In this document: piece after piece, positions 27,956 through 37,383 of the stretch
How the letters are laid out: every line of letters begins with the position of its first letter
How positions within the stretch are numbered: the first letter of the stretch is position 1
Source of the DNA: Acidobacteriota bacterium
Lineage (GTDB): Bacteria; Acidobacteriota; UBA6911; RPQK01; JAJDTT01
Reading direction: 5' to 3'
NCBI GenBank assembly: GCA_965209055.1
Contig: OZ242374.1
Coordinates: forward strand, 1,472,001-1,536,000
Length of the DNA: 64,000 nt
Position numbers and translations under genes: made by a program
The notes under the pieces: generated by a model
What the model was told of the DNA's origin: nothing
What the model saw: only the letters and a program-made list of their open reading frames with translations
Databases searched by the model: none

Positions 27956-28774
27956 CTAGAATCTTCCGCTCCGCCGTTCCCTGGAGGGCATGATCTCCAG
28001 GCAGGTGGTCCACCATCCCGTCCGGGCGGTCTCCACGAATTCCTCCGGCAGCCCTTCGTCGCGCATCTCCCGGGCCAGCCGCCGGTGATCGTATCGGAGC
28101 GGGCGGAATTCGTATCGGAAACCGCGGCTGTCGAATTCAAGGACGGTGTACCAGACGTTGGTGCGTCCGTCGTTCTCGGGGCGGCCGATGACCCCGACGT
28201 TGAAGAAATGTTTTCGGCCGGGCAGCTCCCGATGCCACTTCAATCCGGTATGGGTGCAGCAGAGGACATCCGCTCCGGCGCTGTCCAGAAAACCGGCGAG
28301 CAAATGGTCGGGCGACGTGCTGTCCCACAGGAACTCGTTGACCTGGCGGGGCGATCCGTGGCAGAGCCGGACCCTCAGCGGGCCCAGTCCGAAGGAGAGG
28401 CGGGCCGGGAGCGTTCCCAGCCACTTCTTGTTCTCCCGGGAGGTGTTCCGGAAAGTGTAGTCGTAGCTGATGCGGGCGAAATGGTTGTCGGAGGGGTCCG
28501 TGTAGCCGCAGCCGCAGTCCTCATTGCCCTGCGCCAGCGACAGGTCGTAGTTTCCCGCGATGCTCTGGATCCCGCCGGACCGCAAGAGCGGAAAGGACCG
28601 GTCCGGATGCGGTCCGAAGCCCCCCATGTCGCCCAGGCAGAAGATGGCCTCGACGCGGGACGCGCGGCACTCTCGCACCAATTCGCCGAGCGCGAGGTAG
28701 TTGTTGTAGACGCCTCCGAAAAGGGCGACTCTCCGATAGTTGTGGTTCATAAGGAGCGATTCCCTATCACCCAT
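27956..28774 (-). CDS. Calcineurin-like metallophosphoesterase, divergent Cys-rich subfamily
   Basis: GGVYNN (in place of DxH), CLGDMGG, AGNYD, DCGCGY, HGSP, CCTHTG, FNVG; start may be 28750. Confidence 0.85.
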   Translation of the reverse strand: MGDRESLLMNHNYRRVALFGGVYNNYLALGELVRECRASRVEAIFCLGDMGGFGPHPDRSFPLLRSGGIQSIAGNYDLSLAQGNEDCGCGYTDPSDNHFARISYDYTFRNTSRENKKWLGTLPARLSFGLGPLRVRLCHGSPRQVNEFLWDSTSPDHLLAGFLDSAGADVLCCTHTGLKWHRELPGRKHFFNVGVIGRPENDGRTNVWYTVLEFDSRGFRYEFRPLRYDHRRLAREMRDEGLPEEFVETARTGWWTTCLEIMPSRERRSGRF

Positions 28775-28805
28775 TCGTCCGTTGCCGCTTTGCGCCGCGG
28801 GAGTT

Positions 28806-28829
28806 CGGCGGTAGGAAAACCGCCGCTCC
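28806..28829 (-). repeat. REP-like extragenic palindrome
   Basis: Reverse complement GGAGCGGCGGTTTTCCTACCGCCG; related copies at 45243, 56458 and 56564. Confidence 0.65.
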
Positions 28830-28831
28830 CA

Positions 28832-29701
28832 TCAGAAGTTCTTGCAGGTCATGCCGGTCACGTAGCACGTGTGGCAGGAAGAATGATAAAGGGAACAGTC
28901 CCGGAGGCCTCCCTCCAGGTCATCCGCCAATCGGGCCTCCGGCTCGCCCACCAGGATAGGGCAGGCATAGACTCCGTCGTGAGCCACGATTCGCGAAGAG
29001 AAGCATTGCAGTGTGTCCGGGTCCAGTTCGCGAAGCATCTCCGGCGTCACGGGGCGTTGCTCGGCGGGCGCCGGCAGCATTCCCATTTCGAAGATGGGGA
29101 TGACCTTGATCCGGGGCCGGTCGACGCCGACGGACCGGAGCAGCTTCACGTAGCGGCCGTGAAGGTCTCGCTCTTCCCCCTGCGGGCTCAGGTAGTCCCT
29201 CATCTCGGTGACCGTGAGGATGGGGAGGAATTCGCGGTCATAAAGCAGCTTGTACGCTTCCAGAGCCTTGCGGAACGTCCCCTTGCCGCGAATGGCGTCG
29301 TTTCGCGCCTCTTCGTAGTCGTCGATGCTGATGCGGATCTCGAGGGAGAAACGGGAGCCGTCGGCGATCCGGCGCAGGCGGTCCGCTTTCGCCTCGTCAA
29401 TGAGGACGCCGTTGGTCAGCACGGAGACCGGGAAATCCTGGAGTGCCGATTCGAGTATGGCCAGGAAGGACCGGTGAATGAAGGGCTCGCCGCCGGTGAA
29501 GTAGACCTCCTTCACCCCCATTCTCCGCGCGTCGTCCAGGTAGCGGAAGATGCGGGGAGCTTCCATCAGCTCCAGCGTGTGGTTGTCCGGGGCGCAACTG
29601 ATGAAGCAGTGACTGCAGCGCAGGTTGCAGAGCGTCCCCGCGACCTGGAACCAGAGCGTGTCCAGGTGCTGCAGCGGCAGTGAGGGGGGCGCCTCCTCCA
29701 T
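28832..29701 (-). CDS. Radical SAM protein of unknown function with C-terminal Cys cluster
   Basis: LDTLWFQVAGTLCNLRCSHCFISC, FTGGEPF, LTNG, C-terminal QC..YACP..DC..HSSCHTCYVTGMTC; real start at 29701 or 29710 within the long tracked ORF. Confidence 0.9.
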   Translation of the reverse strand: MEEAPPSLPLQHLDTLWFQVAGTLCNLRCSHCFISCAPDNHTLELMEAPRIFRYLDDARRMGVKEVYFTGGEPFIHRSFLAILESALQDFPVSVLTNGVLIDEAKADRLRRIADGSRFSLEIRISIDDYEEARNDAIRGKGTFRKALEAYKLLYDREFLPILTVTEMRDYLSPQGEERDLHGRYVKLLRSVGVDRPRIKVIPIFEMGMLPAPAEQRPVTPEMLRELDPDTLQCFSSRIVAHDGVYACPILVGEPEARLADDLEGGLRDCSLYHSSCHTCYVTGMTCKNF

Positions 29702-29799
29702 GTTTCTCATGTTAACAGCTTTTTTTAACGACCCGTGAAGGGAGTCGTCGCGGAAGGCGGCCGGGCTTGAGGGTTCCGGCAGGCGGTCCAGCGGGACCG

Positions 29800-32475
29800 T
29801 TACGCCGGCTTCCTGGTCGGGATCAACTGCTCCACGGAGCGGAAGATGCGTTGGGTCGCCTCCTGGTAGTCCGCCGGCTCCGGCAGGAAGGGCTTGCCGA
29901 ACGTGATCTCCACCGGGTGGAGGCGGATCCGGTTCGAGCCGCGGCGCCACGCTTCGTAAGTCCCCGCGATTCCCACCGGGACGACGGGCACCTTGAGTTC
30001 CGTGGAAAGGATGGCGGGTCCTTTCCGGAACGGCTTCAGGCGGCCGTCGATGGAGCGGGTGCCCTCGGGGAAGACACACAGGACCTTCCCCTTCTTGAGC
30101 CCCTCGGCTCCCAGGCGCAGGGCTTGGCGGAGATAGCGGTCCGAGTCCACCGGAACCACCTTGAGGAACCGGCCCACCAACGACGTGAACCGGCCGACGA
30201 AATAGTCGCTGTACCCCAGAAAGAAGAGGCGCCGGGTCAGACGGTAGGGAAGAACTGCCGCCACCAGAAACGCGTCCAGGTAGCTGAGGTGGTTGGGACA
30301 GAGCATGAACGGATACTCGCGGGGCAGGTTCTCGGTGCCGCGGGTCTTGACGCGGAAGAGGACCCGGGCCAGCGTATGGACCGTCTTGGCCGTGGCGTAG
30401 AAGGCCAGGTCCGACAGGCGCCCATGGCCCAGCGTCTTGCGCATGAGGACCGCATCCTGTCCTTCCAGGGGGTTCGCCAGGATCTCTCCCCATGAGAGCC
30501 AGGAACTCCCTTCCGATTCGGTGGCGGGCGATTCGGCTCCTTCCACGGCCCGGACCAGATCGTCGACGGTGAGAATTTCGGCTGCCGCCTCGTCGGAGAT
30601 TCGGACCCCGAAAGTGTCCTGCAGGCTCGACACGAACTCCACCCGTTCCAGCGAATCGAAACGGAGGTCCAGCTCCAGGTTCATCTCCCGGTGGATGATC
30701 GGCGCCTTGCGGGTCCGGCGAAGCAGCTCGAAGATTCGTTCTTCGGTAGGACTCGCGGGCGCGCTGGCCGCTTCGAATCGGGCGGGAGGCTCGTCCGCAG
30801 CGCTGGCCTCCACCTCCTGTTGAAGAACGAAGCGCTTGATCTTGCGGGTCGTGGTGCGGGGAAGCGGCTCGGTCCGAATGGCGAAACTGTGGACCCGCTT
30901 GTAGGCGGGCAACTCCTGGGAGATCCCCTCCAGCAGGTAGTGGATCATCTCCTGCGAATTGACCACCTGGTTGCTGCGCAGCACGTCGAAATCGGGAACG
31001 ATGACGGCGTGGAGCCGTTCCTGAACCTCTCCGTCGGGCGTCTGGACGCCCAGCACGCACATCTCTTTGATGTAGGGACAGTGGCTCTGATAGTGATGCT
31101 CCACCTCTTCGGGGAAGACGTTCTTCCCCGATGGCAGAACGATCATCTCCTTGTCCCGCCCGGTGATATAGAGGCTCCCGGATTCGGACACGTAGCCCAG
31201 GTCGCCGCTGTCGAGCCAGCCGTCCCGAAAGGTCTTCTCCGTCTCTTCGGGGTTTTTCCAGTACCCCTGCATGATGTTCTCGCCCCGCATCAGGACGCGT
31301 CCGATCCCGTCCGAGTCGGGGTCCTGAATACGGATCCGGACATGAGGCAGAGGCATTCCCACCGAACCCAGCTCCCGCGTGGAAGGCGGGTTCAGCGTGG
31401 CGAGGGCCGCCGTCTCGGTCATCCCGTAGGCCTGGATGATGGTGAATCCCAGATCCCGCAACGACAGGGCCACCTTCTCGTCGAACCGGGCCCCCCCGAC
31501 GCCGAAATAGCGGAACTGGAGGCCGAACTTGCTGTGCAGTGGCCGAAACAGGGTGCGTCCCGGATTGAAGCCGAGCTGTCGATTGCAGAGTCGGGAAAAG
31601 GCCAGGAGGCAACGGAAAACGAGTCTGCGCACCAGCGGTTGTTTCTCGATCTCCTGGAGGATGCGCCGGTGGAGCAGGTAGTAGAACTGGGGAACGCAGA
31701 CGAAGATGGTGACCAACTCCTCGCGAAATGCACGCAGCACCCGCTGGGCTTCCAGGGTGTCCAGATAGGTCACCCTCGCCCCCGCGTAGAGAGGAATGAT
31801 GAAATTGGCCATGAGCGCCAGCACGTGGTAGAGCGGGAGAACCGAAAGGATATGATCCTGAGAGGAGACCTGGATCATCTTCAGGAGCTCGCCCATGTTC
31901 CGGTACACATTCCGGCGGCTCAGGACCACCCCCTTGGGATTGCCGGTGGTGCCGCTCGTGTAGAGGATCAGGAAAGGCTCGTCCGTCCCCCGTTCGACCA
32001 GAGGCATGGAAGCGTTCCCGTCGAATTCTTCCAACACCTGGTCCCACTGATTCTCCGCCTCGGGGACGTCGCCTACCGCCAGGACGGGAAGCGTGCACCC
32101 CAGGTGTTTCCAGATCGACTCGAGCCGCGGATGGAAGCGTTCCGAGCAGATCACGAACTGGCAACCGGCGTGCTCGAGGAGATAGGCCAGGGTCTCGTCC
32201 GTGTGCAGGACGTCGAAGGGCGCCATCACGGCGCCGGTGCTCTGTGCCGCCAGGAAAGCGACTCCCCACCGGGGATGGTTCTCCATGAGGATGGCCACCG
32301 TGTCCCCCTCCCGGACGCCGCGGTCCTGCAGGAAAAGGGCGATGGAGGAGACTTCCCGCCCGATTCGGCGGTAGGTGAAGACTTCCCGCCCCTCGTCATT
32401 GATGCCCTGCAGGGCCATCTGGTCGGGGATGGCTTCCAGGTGGCGTTCCAGCTGGCGAAAAAAGTGGAGATCCAT
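29800..32475 (-). CDS. Tri-domain long-chain acyl-CoA/ACP ligase - acyl carrier protein - PlsC acyltransferase
   Basis: ILYTSGTTGNPKG, QAYGMTE, SGDLG, ITGRDKE; ACP LELDLRFDSLERVE; acyltransferase PNHLSYLD and FPEGTRS. Confidence 0.92.
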   Translation of the reverse strand: MDLHFFRQLERHLEAIPDQMALQGINDEGREVFTYRRIGREVSSIALFLQDRGVREGDTVAILMENHPRWGVAFLAAQSTGAVMAPFDVLHTDETLAYLLEHAGCQFVICSERFHPRLESIWKHLGCTLPVLAVGDVPEAENQWDQVLEEFDGNASMPLVERGTDEPFLILYTSGTTGNPKGVVLSRRNVYRNMGELLKMIQVSSQDHILSVLPLYHVLALMANFIIPLYAGARVTYLDTLEAQRVLRAFREELVTIFVCVPQFYYLLHRRILQEIEKQPLVRRLVFRCLLAFSRLCNRQLGFNPGRTLFRPLHSKFGLQFRYFGVGGARFDEKVALSLRDLGFTIIQAYGMTETAALATLNPPSTRELGSVGMPLPHVRIRIQDPDSDGIGRVLMRGENIMQGYWKNPEETEKTFRDGWLDSGDLGYVSESGSLYITGRDKEMIVLPSGKNVFPEEVEHHYQSHCPYIKEMCVLGVQTPDGEVQERLHAVIVPDFDVLRSNQVVNSQEMIHYLLEGISQELPAYKRVHSFAIRTEPLPRTTTRKIKRFVLQQEVEASAADEPPARFEAASAPASPTEERIFELLRRTRKAPIIHREMNLELDLRFDSLERVEFVSSLQDTFGVRISDEAAAEILTVDDLVRAVEGAESPATESEGSSWLSWGEILANPLEGQDAVLMRKTLGHGRLSDLAFYATAKTVHTLARVLFRVKTRGTENLPREYPFMLCPNHLSYLDAFLVAAVLPYRLTRRLFFLGYSDYFVGRFTSLVGRFLKVVPVDSDRYLRQALRLGAEGLKKGKVLCVFPEGTRSIDGRLKPFRKGPAILSTELKVPVVPVGIAGTYEAWRRGSNRIRLHPVEITFGKPFLPEPADYQEATQRIFRSVEQLIPTRKPA

Positions 32476-32670
32476 GAGCTTCCGGACGGGTAATCGTAGC
32501 ATGGACCGGTTTGGAGGGCGACTATCGATCATCCATTCTCCCATTCCCCATGCGACATGGGAGTTTGGCGGCTGAAAAGCGGTGCCCGCGTGCCGCCGTT
32601 TCTCAATCTTGCACTTCCCGTTTCCAGAGGAATCCGTCGGATGCCAACATCTGGGGGTGTTCTTCTTGCC

Positions 32671-33114
32671 TCAAACCACCTTGCGATTCGTCGACCCCTG
32701 GTCCCAACGGCTTCTGGCGGCGTTTGGGGTGAGGATCGGAATGGGGAACACTGACGCTAAGGCCAGCAGTCCTCCGTCACCGGTGACCAAGGCGCCGGCA
32801 TGTCCCTGCAGCGCCAGCTCGAGGAAAGGGCGGTCAAACGGGTCGCGGCATTTCGGCACGGCGGATGGGTGCGAAACGATCACCGATTCGCACCAGGGAA
32901 GGTAATCGGCCAGCAGGTCTGCTTTCTCGTCGGCGTTCAGTTGGAACTTCGGATAGGAAAGCACTCGGATCAGTTCCATAGTCGTCTCTCGACTGGCGAG
33001 CGGGAGGATGGCTCCCGAATGCCACGCGCGACGCATCCAGGAGACCGATCCGGCGGGAAACGACAGAACGGAGACCAGGACATTGGTGTCGAGCACCAGC
33101 CGCGGAACAATCAT
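32671..33114 (-). CDS. PIN-domain toxin of a type II toxin-antitoxin system
   Basis: LVLDTNVLVS, CRDPFDRPFLELA, LVTGD; ATGA overlap with the antitoxin. Confidence 0.9.
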   Translation of the reverse strand: MIVPRLVLDTNVLVSVLSFPAGSVSWMRRAWHSGAILPLASRETTMELIRVLSYPKFQLNADEKADLLADYLPWCESVIVSHPSAVPKCRDPFDRPFLELALQGHAGALVTGDGGLLALASVFPIPILTPNAARSRWDQGSTNRKVV

Positions 33115-33335
33115 TTGCCGCGCCGCGCCCACGCCACCGCGTCGGCGACATCTGCCTTTGAGATGTTGAGTTCAGCCAGTTTGGCGCGCACGGCGCCGGC
33201 GCGAGTCAGACGGACGGGCGTGAGCACGATGCGGCCGTTTTCATTGGTCACATCGAAATACTCGGAGCCTTGGAAGTCGGCGATCACCGCCTTGGGCAAC
33301 GTCAGTTGGTTCTTGGATGTCAGTTTGGCCAGCAT
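33111..33335 (-). CDS. AbrB/MazE/SpoVT family antitoxin
   Basis: MLAKLTSKNQLTLPK..GRIVLTP; GGAGG RBS. Confidence 0.9.
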   Translation of the reverse strand: MLAKLTSKNQLTLPKAVIADFQGSEYFDVTNENGRIVLTPVRLTRAGAVRAKLAELNISKADVADAVAWARRGK

Positions 33336-33375
33336 CGGGCGACCTCCTGTGGCGAAGGTAAGGGATCAAGGAATC

Positions 33376-33381
33376 ATTATA
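33376..33381 (-). promoter_or_regulatory. Consensus -10 box TATAAT for the AbrB/PIN operon, followed by short CCTT repeats (possible operator)
   Basis: Reverse complement GAATATAATGATTCCTTGATCCCTTACCTT. Confidence 0.55.
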
Positions 33382-33592
33382 TTCTGTTTTTTCATCTGAA
33401 AGGACAGTTTCATGCCGTCAGGCGTAAACCTCTCTTCCAGCCGTACACGCGGGCTTGTTGACGATCCTTCGCCGGGTCGGCCGCCGGAAACCAATGTCAG
33501 GGGTGACCAGTTACAATCCGTCCCCGAGAAGGGCGTCCCTTGTCCCACCGAGATTCATCAGCCTCTCTCCAATCAACTCGGCAGCGCCCTTC

Positions 33593-33973
33593 TCAACTCC
33601 TGCCGGGATAAAGCACCACGGTGAAATCGAAGCGGTCCAGAACTCCATGGACCTTTTCCAAGGTCCGGAGAGGGTCCGCCGGAGCCGGCGCTTGATCTAC
33701 GGCTCTTCGCACCAGATCGGAGTTGGTGGTGAGCCGCCGCGCGGCCAAGTCGACTTCCACCCAATGAGCCGCCCGGCGCCGGGGCGGGCCGGCGCCGATC
33801 TGCAACGTATAGCCCAGCAACTTCAAGACCGCCGTGGCCGGATCGGAAGCTTCCAGGACGTCGTCCAGGTAGCGGAGCAGATCCACTGCCAGCCAGCCGT
33901 TCCGGGGAAATGTCAGGGTGTACCAGGTCCCTTCCAGCCTGAAGCCGAGGGAACCGGTGTCTCTTGGGTCCAC
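33593..33973 (-). CDS. Hypothetical protein
   Basis: ORF filling the gap before coxB; GTG at 33973 preceded by TACACT 6 nt upstream; no motif recognised. Confidence 0.55.
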   Translation of the reverse strand: MDPRDTGSLGFRLEGTWYTLTFPRNGWLAVDLLRYLDDVLEASDPATAVLKLLGYTLQIGAGPPRRRAAHWVEVDLAARRLTTNSDLVRRAVDQAPAPADPLRTLEKVHGVLDRFDFTVVLYPGRS

Positions 33974-34058
33974 CCCGCCAGTGTAGTGACCCGTCCGGCT
34001 TCCGGGAAGGCATTGAGAGCTTCTCCGGCTCCCGGATTCCCTTTCCACGATTCACGTC

Positions 34059-34086
34059 TTGAATCTGTTTAGGCAGTTGGTACAAT
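34059..34086 (+). promoter_or_regulatory. Sigma70-type promoter of the cox/bc cluster, TTGAAT-N16-TACAAT with extended TG
   Basis: TTGAATctgtttaggcagtTGgTACAAT upstream of GGAGG RBS and coxB ATG. Confidence 0.65.
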
Positions 34087-34112
34087 GGCGACGATTTTTG
34101 GAGGCGTGACGC

Positions 34113-34898
34113 ATGATATTGGCGGTGACGATCTGGCTCATCACGATAGTTTCCACGGTGCTGATGGTCGGCAAGTACTGGTGGTTCCCCGAAGTGGCGT
34201 CGGCGCATGGCGGCGACCTGGACCGGCAGTTCATGGTGACTCTGGTGGTGACCGGAGTCGTCTTCATCCTGGCCCAGGTGGGGCTCGGCTACGCCATTGC
34301 GCGCTATCGGGACGGGGCGGGAAGGGTCGCCAACTACACCCACGGGAACGAAAAGCTCGAGGTGATCTGGGTCGTGGCCACCACCGTGGTCTTTTTCGCC
34401 ATGGTGATTCCGGGCCAGAGCATCTGGGCCGACCTCTATCTCTCCGAAGCCCCCGAGGACGCCGTCCGCATCGAGGTGACCGGGCAACAGTTTGCCTGGA
34501 ACATCAGGTATCCCGGCCCCGACGGTGAGTTCGGGAGGGTGGCTCCGGACCTGATCGATGACGAAGGGGGCAATCCGCTGGGATTGGACCTGTCCGATAA
34601 GGCCGCCCAGGACGACCTGGTGGTTCCCATCATGGCGGTCCCGCTGGGCAAGCCGATCGAATTGCTCCTGCGCTCCAAGGACGTGACTCACGCCTTTTCG
34701 GTGCGGGAGTTGCGGGTCAAGCAGGACCTGGTCCCGGGACTGCTCATCCCCGTCCAGTTCACGGCCACCCGGACCGGCCGATGGGAGATCGCCTGCGCCG
34801 AGCTGTGCGGGCTGCAGCATTACAACATGCGGAGTTTCCTGGAGGTGCTTCCGGAGGCGGACTTCGCCCAGTGGCTGAAGGACCAGGCTGAAGAATAG
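34113..34898 (+). CDS. coxB: Cytochrome c oxidase subunit II
   Basis: LEVIW, GQQFAWNIRY, CuA ligands DVTHAF and CAELCGLQHYNM. Confidence 0.96.
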   Translation: MILAVTIWLITIVSTVLMVGKYWWFPEVASAHGGDLDRQFMVTLVVTGVVFILAQVGLGYAIARYRDGAGRVANYTHGNEKLEVIWVVATTVVFFAMVIPGQSIWADLYLSEAPEDAVRIEVTGQQFAWNIRYPGPDGEFGRVAPDLIDDEGGNPLGLDLSDKAAQDDLVVPIMAVPLGKPIELLLRSKDVTHAFSVRELRVKQDLVPGLLIPVQFTATRTGRWEIACAELCGLQHYNMRSFLEVLPEADFAQWLKDQAEE

Positions 34899-34929
34899 GG
34901 TTTTCGGAAACGCAGGGAGTGTGACCGAT

Positions 34930-36708
34930 ATGGCAGAAGAGGTTCAGACGCACGCCGCTCATCACGAAGCGCCGTCAGGCTGGGTTCGAAAGTATGTCTT
35001 CAGCATCGACCACAAGGTGATCGGGATCCAGTACTACCTGCTGGCTCTGTTCTCGGTTCTGGTGGGAGTGGGCCTGTCGGTGCTGATTCGCTTGAATCTG
35101 GCGTGGCCGGGCACCGAGATTTCCATTCTGGGCACCCTCTTTCCGGAGGGGGCGCCGGGCGGAATCATGACGCCGGAGTTCTACTTGGCCATGCTCACCA
35201 TGCATGGGACCATCATGGTCTTCTTCGTTCTGACCACGGCGCCTCAGGGGGGATTCGGGAACTATTTCCTGCCCATCCAGATCGGTGCCGACGACATGGC
35301 CTTTCCCGTATTGAACATGCTCTCGTTCTGGGTCACTTTCCTGGCCCTGGCCGTTCTCATGGCTGCTTTCTTCGTGGAGGGAGGGGCCCCCATCTCGGGA
35401 TGGACGGCCTATCCTCCGCTGAGCGCGCTGGGGGAGATTGCCGGACCGGGGCTGGGAACGGGACAGAGCCTGTGGGTGGTGAGCATCGCCCTGTTCTGCG
35501 TGGCCTCGCTGCTGGGCGCACTGAACTTCATCACCACCACCATCGACATGCGGGCCAAGGGCATGACCATGATGCGTCTGCCGTTGACGGTCTGGGGCTG
35601 GTTCGTCACCGCCATCCTGGGTTTGCTGGCCTTTGGCGTCCTGCTGGCCGCAGGGGTTCTCCTGCTCCTGGACCGTTGGGCCGGGACCAGTTTCTTCATT
35701 CCCGGCGGACTGGTGGTAAGTGACCAGGCCATCGATCACACGGGCGGGTCGCCGCTGCTCTGGCAGCATCTGTTCTGGTTCTTCGGACATCCGGAAGTCT
35801 ACATCGCCATCCTTCCGGGAATGGGCGCCGTCTCGCACATCCTGGCCACTTTCGCCCGCAAGCCGGTGTTCGGCTACAAGGCCATGGCCTTCGCCATCAT
35901 CGGCATCGGCGCGGTCAGCTTCATCGTCTGGGGCCACCACATGTTCCTGAGCGGGATGAGCCCCTACACCGCCATCGTCTTCTCGCTGACCACCACGGCT
36001 GTGGCCGTGCCCTCGGCCATCAAGACGTTCAATTGGCTGGGCACCCTCTGGGGAGGGCGGATCCAATTGACGACCGCCATGCTCTATGCCCTGGGTTTCG
36101 TTTCCCTGTTCGTGAGCGGAGGCGTGACCGGTCTCTTCCTGAACCAGCCCGCGGTGGACGTCTATCTCCACGACACCTACTTCGTGGTGGGTCACTTCCA
36201 CATGATCATGGGAGTGGCCGCCATCTTCGGCATCTTCGCCGCCACCTACTACTGGTTCTCCAAGATGTTCGGGCGCCACCTCAACGAGTTCTGGGGCAAG
36301 GTCCACTTCTGGATCACCTTCGTCGGGGTCTACTGCATCTTCATGCCCATGCACAACCTGGGAATCGGAGGGCAACCACGCAGATACGCCGAGCTGACCG
36401 CCTTCGACTTTCTACAGCCACTGGTTTCGTTGCAGCAGTTCATCTCGGTGGCCGCCTTCATCACGGCTGCCGCCCAGATCATCTTCGTGGCCAATTTCCT
36501 CTACAGCCTTTTCAAGGGCCGGGTAGCGGAAATGAACCCCTGGCGGGCAACCACCATCGAGTGGGAAGTTCCGTCTCCTCCGCCCCATGACAACTTCGCC
36601 GGCAAGTTTCCGGTCGTGCATCGCGGCCCCTACGAGTACAGCGTCCCGGGCGCCGAGGAAGACTTCGTCCCACAAACCGCACCCGACGCGCGCGGGTCCA
36701 CCGGCTAA
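34930..36708 (+). CDS. coxA: Cytochrome c oxidase subunit I (A1 type)
   Basis: DHKVIG, TMHGTIMVF, WFFGHPEVY, VWGHHMF, HDTYFVVGHFH, PRRY. Confidence 0.98.
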   Translation: MAEEVQTHAAHHEAPSGWVRKYVFSIDHKVIGIQYYLLALFSVLVGVGLSVLIRLNLAWPGTEISILGTLFPEGAPGGIMTPEFYLAMLTMHGTIMVFFVLTTAPQGGFGNYFLPIQIGADDMAFPVLNMLSFWVTFLALAVLMAAFFVEGGAPISGWTAYPPLSALGEIAGPGLGTGQSLWVVSIALFCVASLLGALNFITTTIDMRAKGMTMMRLPLTVWGWFVTAILGLLAFGVLLAAGVLLLLDRWAGTSFFIPGGLVVSDQAIDHTGGSPLLWQHLFWFFGHPEVYIAILPGMGAVSHILATFARKPVFGYKAMAFAIIGIGAVSFIVWGHHMFLSGMSPYTAIVFSLTTTAVAVPSAIKTFNWLGTLWGGRIQLTTAMLYALGFVSLFVSGGVTGLFLNQPAVDVYLHDTYFVVGHFHMIMGVAAIFGIFAATYYWFSKMFGRHLNEFWGKVHFWITFVGVYCIFMPMHNLGIGGQPRRYAELTAFDFLQPLVSLQQFISVAAFITAAAQIIFVANFLYSLFKGRVAEMNPWRATTIEWEVPSPPPHDNFAGKFPVVHRGPYEYSVPGAEEDFVPQTAPDARGSTG

Positions 36709-36711
36709 AAG

Positions 36712-37380
36712 ATGGCAATCGTCGCACCACCTCCCACTTCCAAGACCGGCGGCCGCGAGTTGGGCTCCGAGGGTCCCCTTCTGCCCGGAGCGCCGGCCTT
36801 GCCCACGGGACCCGGCGGCTGGGGCGATTCCTGGGGAGAACGTCCCGGAGTCCCCGAGCGCCGCTACTACACCGGGATGCTGGTGCTCATGGCGGGCGTG
36901 ACCATGTTGTTCGCCGCCTTCACCAGCGCCTACATCGTGCGCAAGGGAATCTCGGACGATTGGCTTCCAACGGCCATTCCCGCCCTGGTCTGGGTGAACA
37001 CGGCTCTGCTGCTGGCCAGCAGCCTCACGCTGGAAAGGGCCCGGCGAGTCTACGGCGACACGGCCGCCGTGGCCCGATGGTGGCTGGCGACCACAGGCCT
37101 CGGCGTTGTCTTTTTGCTGGGGCAGCTCGTGGTCTGGCAGCAACTGGCGGGTGCCGGCATCTATCTGCGAACCAATCCCAGCAGCGCCTTCTTCTACATC
37201 TTGACCGGCGCCCACGGTGTCCATCTTCTGGGCGGTGTGGCGGCGTTGGTCTATTGGTCCCGGAGACTATTGCAGGATCGCCCGCCGACCCGCACGGTTC
37301 TCAACGTCACGGCCATCTACTGGCATTTTCTGGATGGGCTCTGGGTCTATCTTCTGTTGTTCATTTTGTTCTGGAGGTAA
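36712..37380 (+). CDS. Cytochrome c oxidase subunit III (first paralog)
   Basis: MLFAAFTSAY, NTALLLASS, FFYILTGAHGVHL, YWHFLDGLW. Confidence 0.92.
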   Translation: MAIVAPPPTSKTGGRELGSEGPLLPGAPALPTGPGGWGDSWGERPGVPERRYYTGMLVLMAGVTMLFAAFTSAYIVRKGISDDWLPTAIPALVWVNTALLLASSLTLERARRVYGDTAAVARWWLATTGLGVVFLLGQLVVWQQLAGAGIYLRTNPSSAFFYILTGAHGVHLLGGVAALVYWSRRLLQDRPPTRTVLNVTAIYWHFLDGLWVYLLLFILFWR

Positions 37381-37383
37381 TGG

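Noticed and set aside
28832-29701. Radical SAM gene as queE because it is near queD/queC
   Set aside because: Opposite strand, lacks QueE hallmarks (N-terminal QGEG, FVR..GCNL.C.WCDT) and has an extra Cys-rich C-terminus
28832-32269. 1145-aa ORF suggesting a giant radical SAM fusion or a frameshift product with the acyl ligase
   Set aside because: The first ~850 aa are an Arg/Gly/Pro-rich shadow frame over the real ligase gene. Only the part from 29701 looks like a protein and it has its own -10 element. No slippery site was seen.
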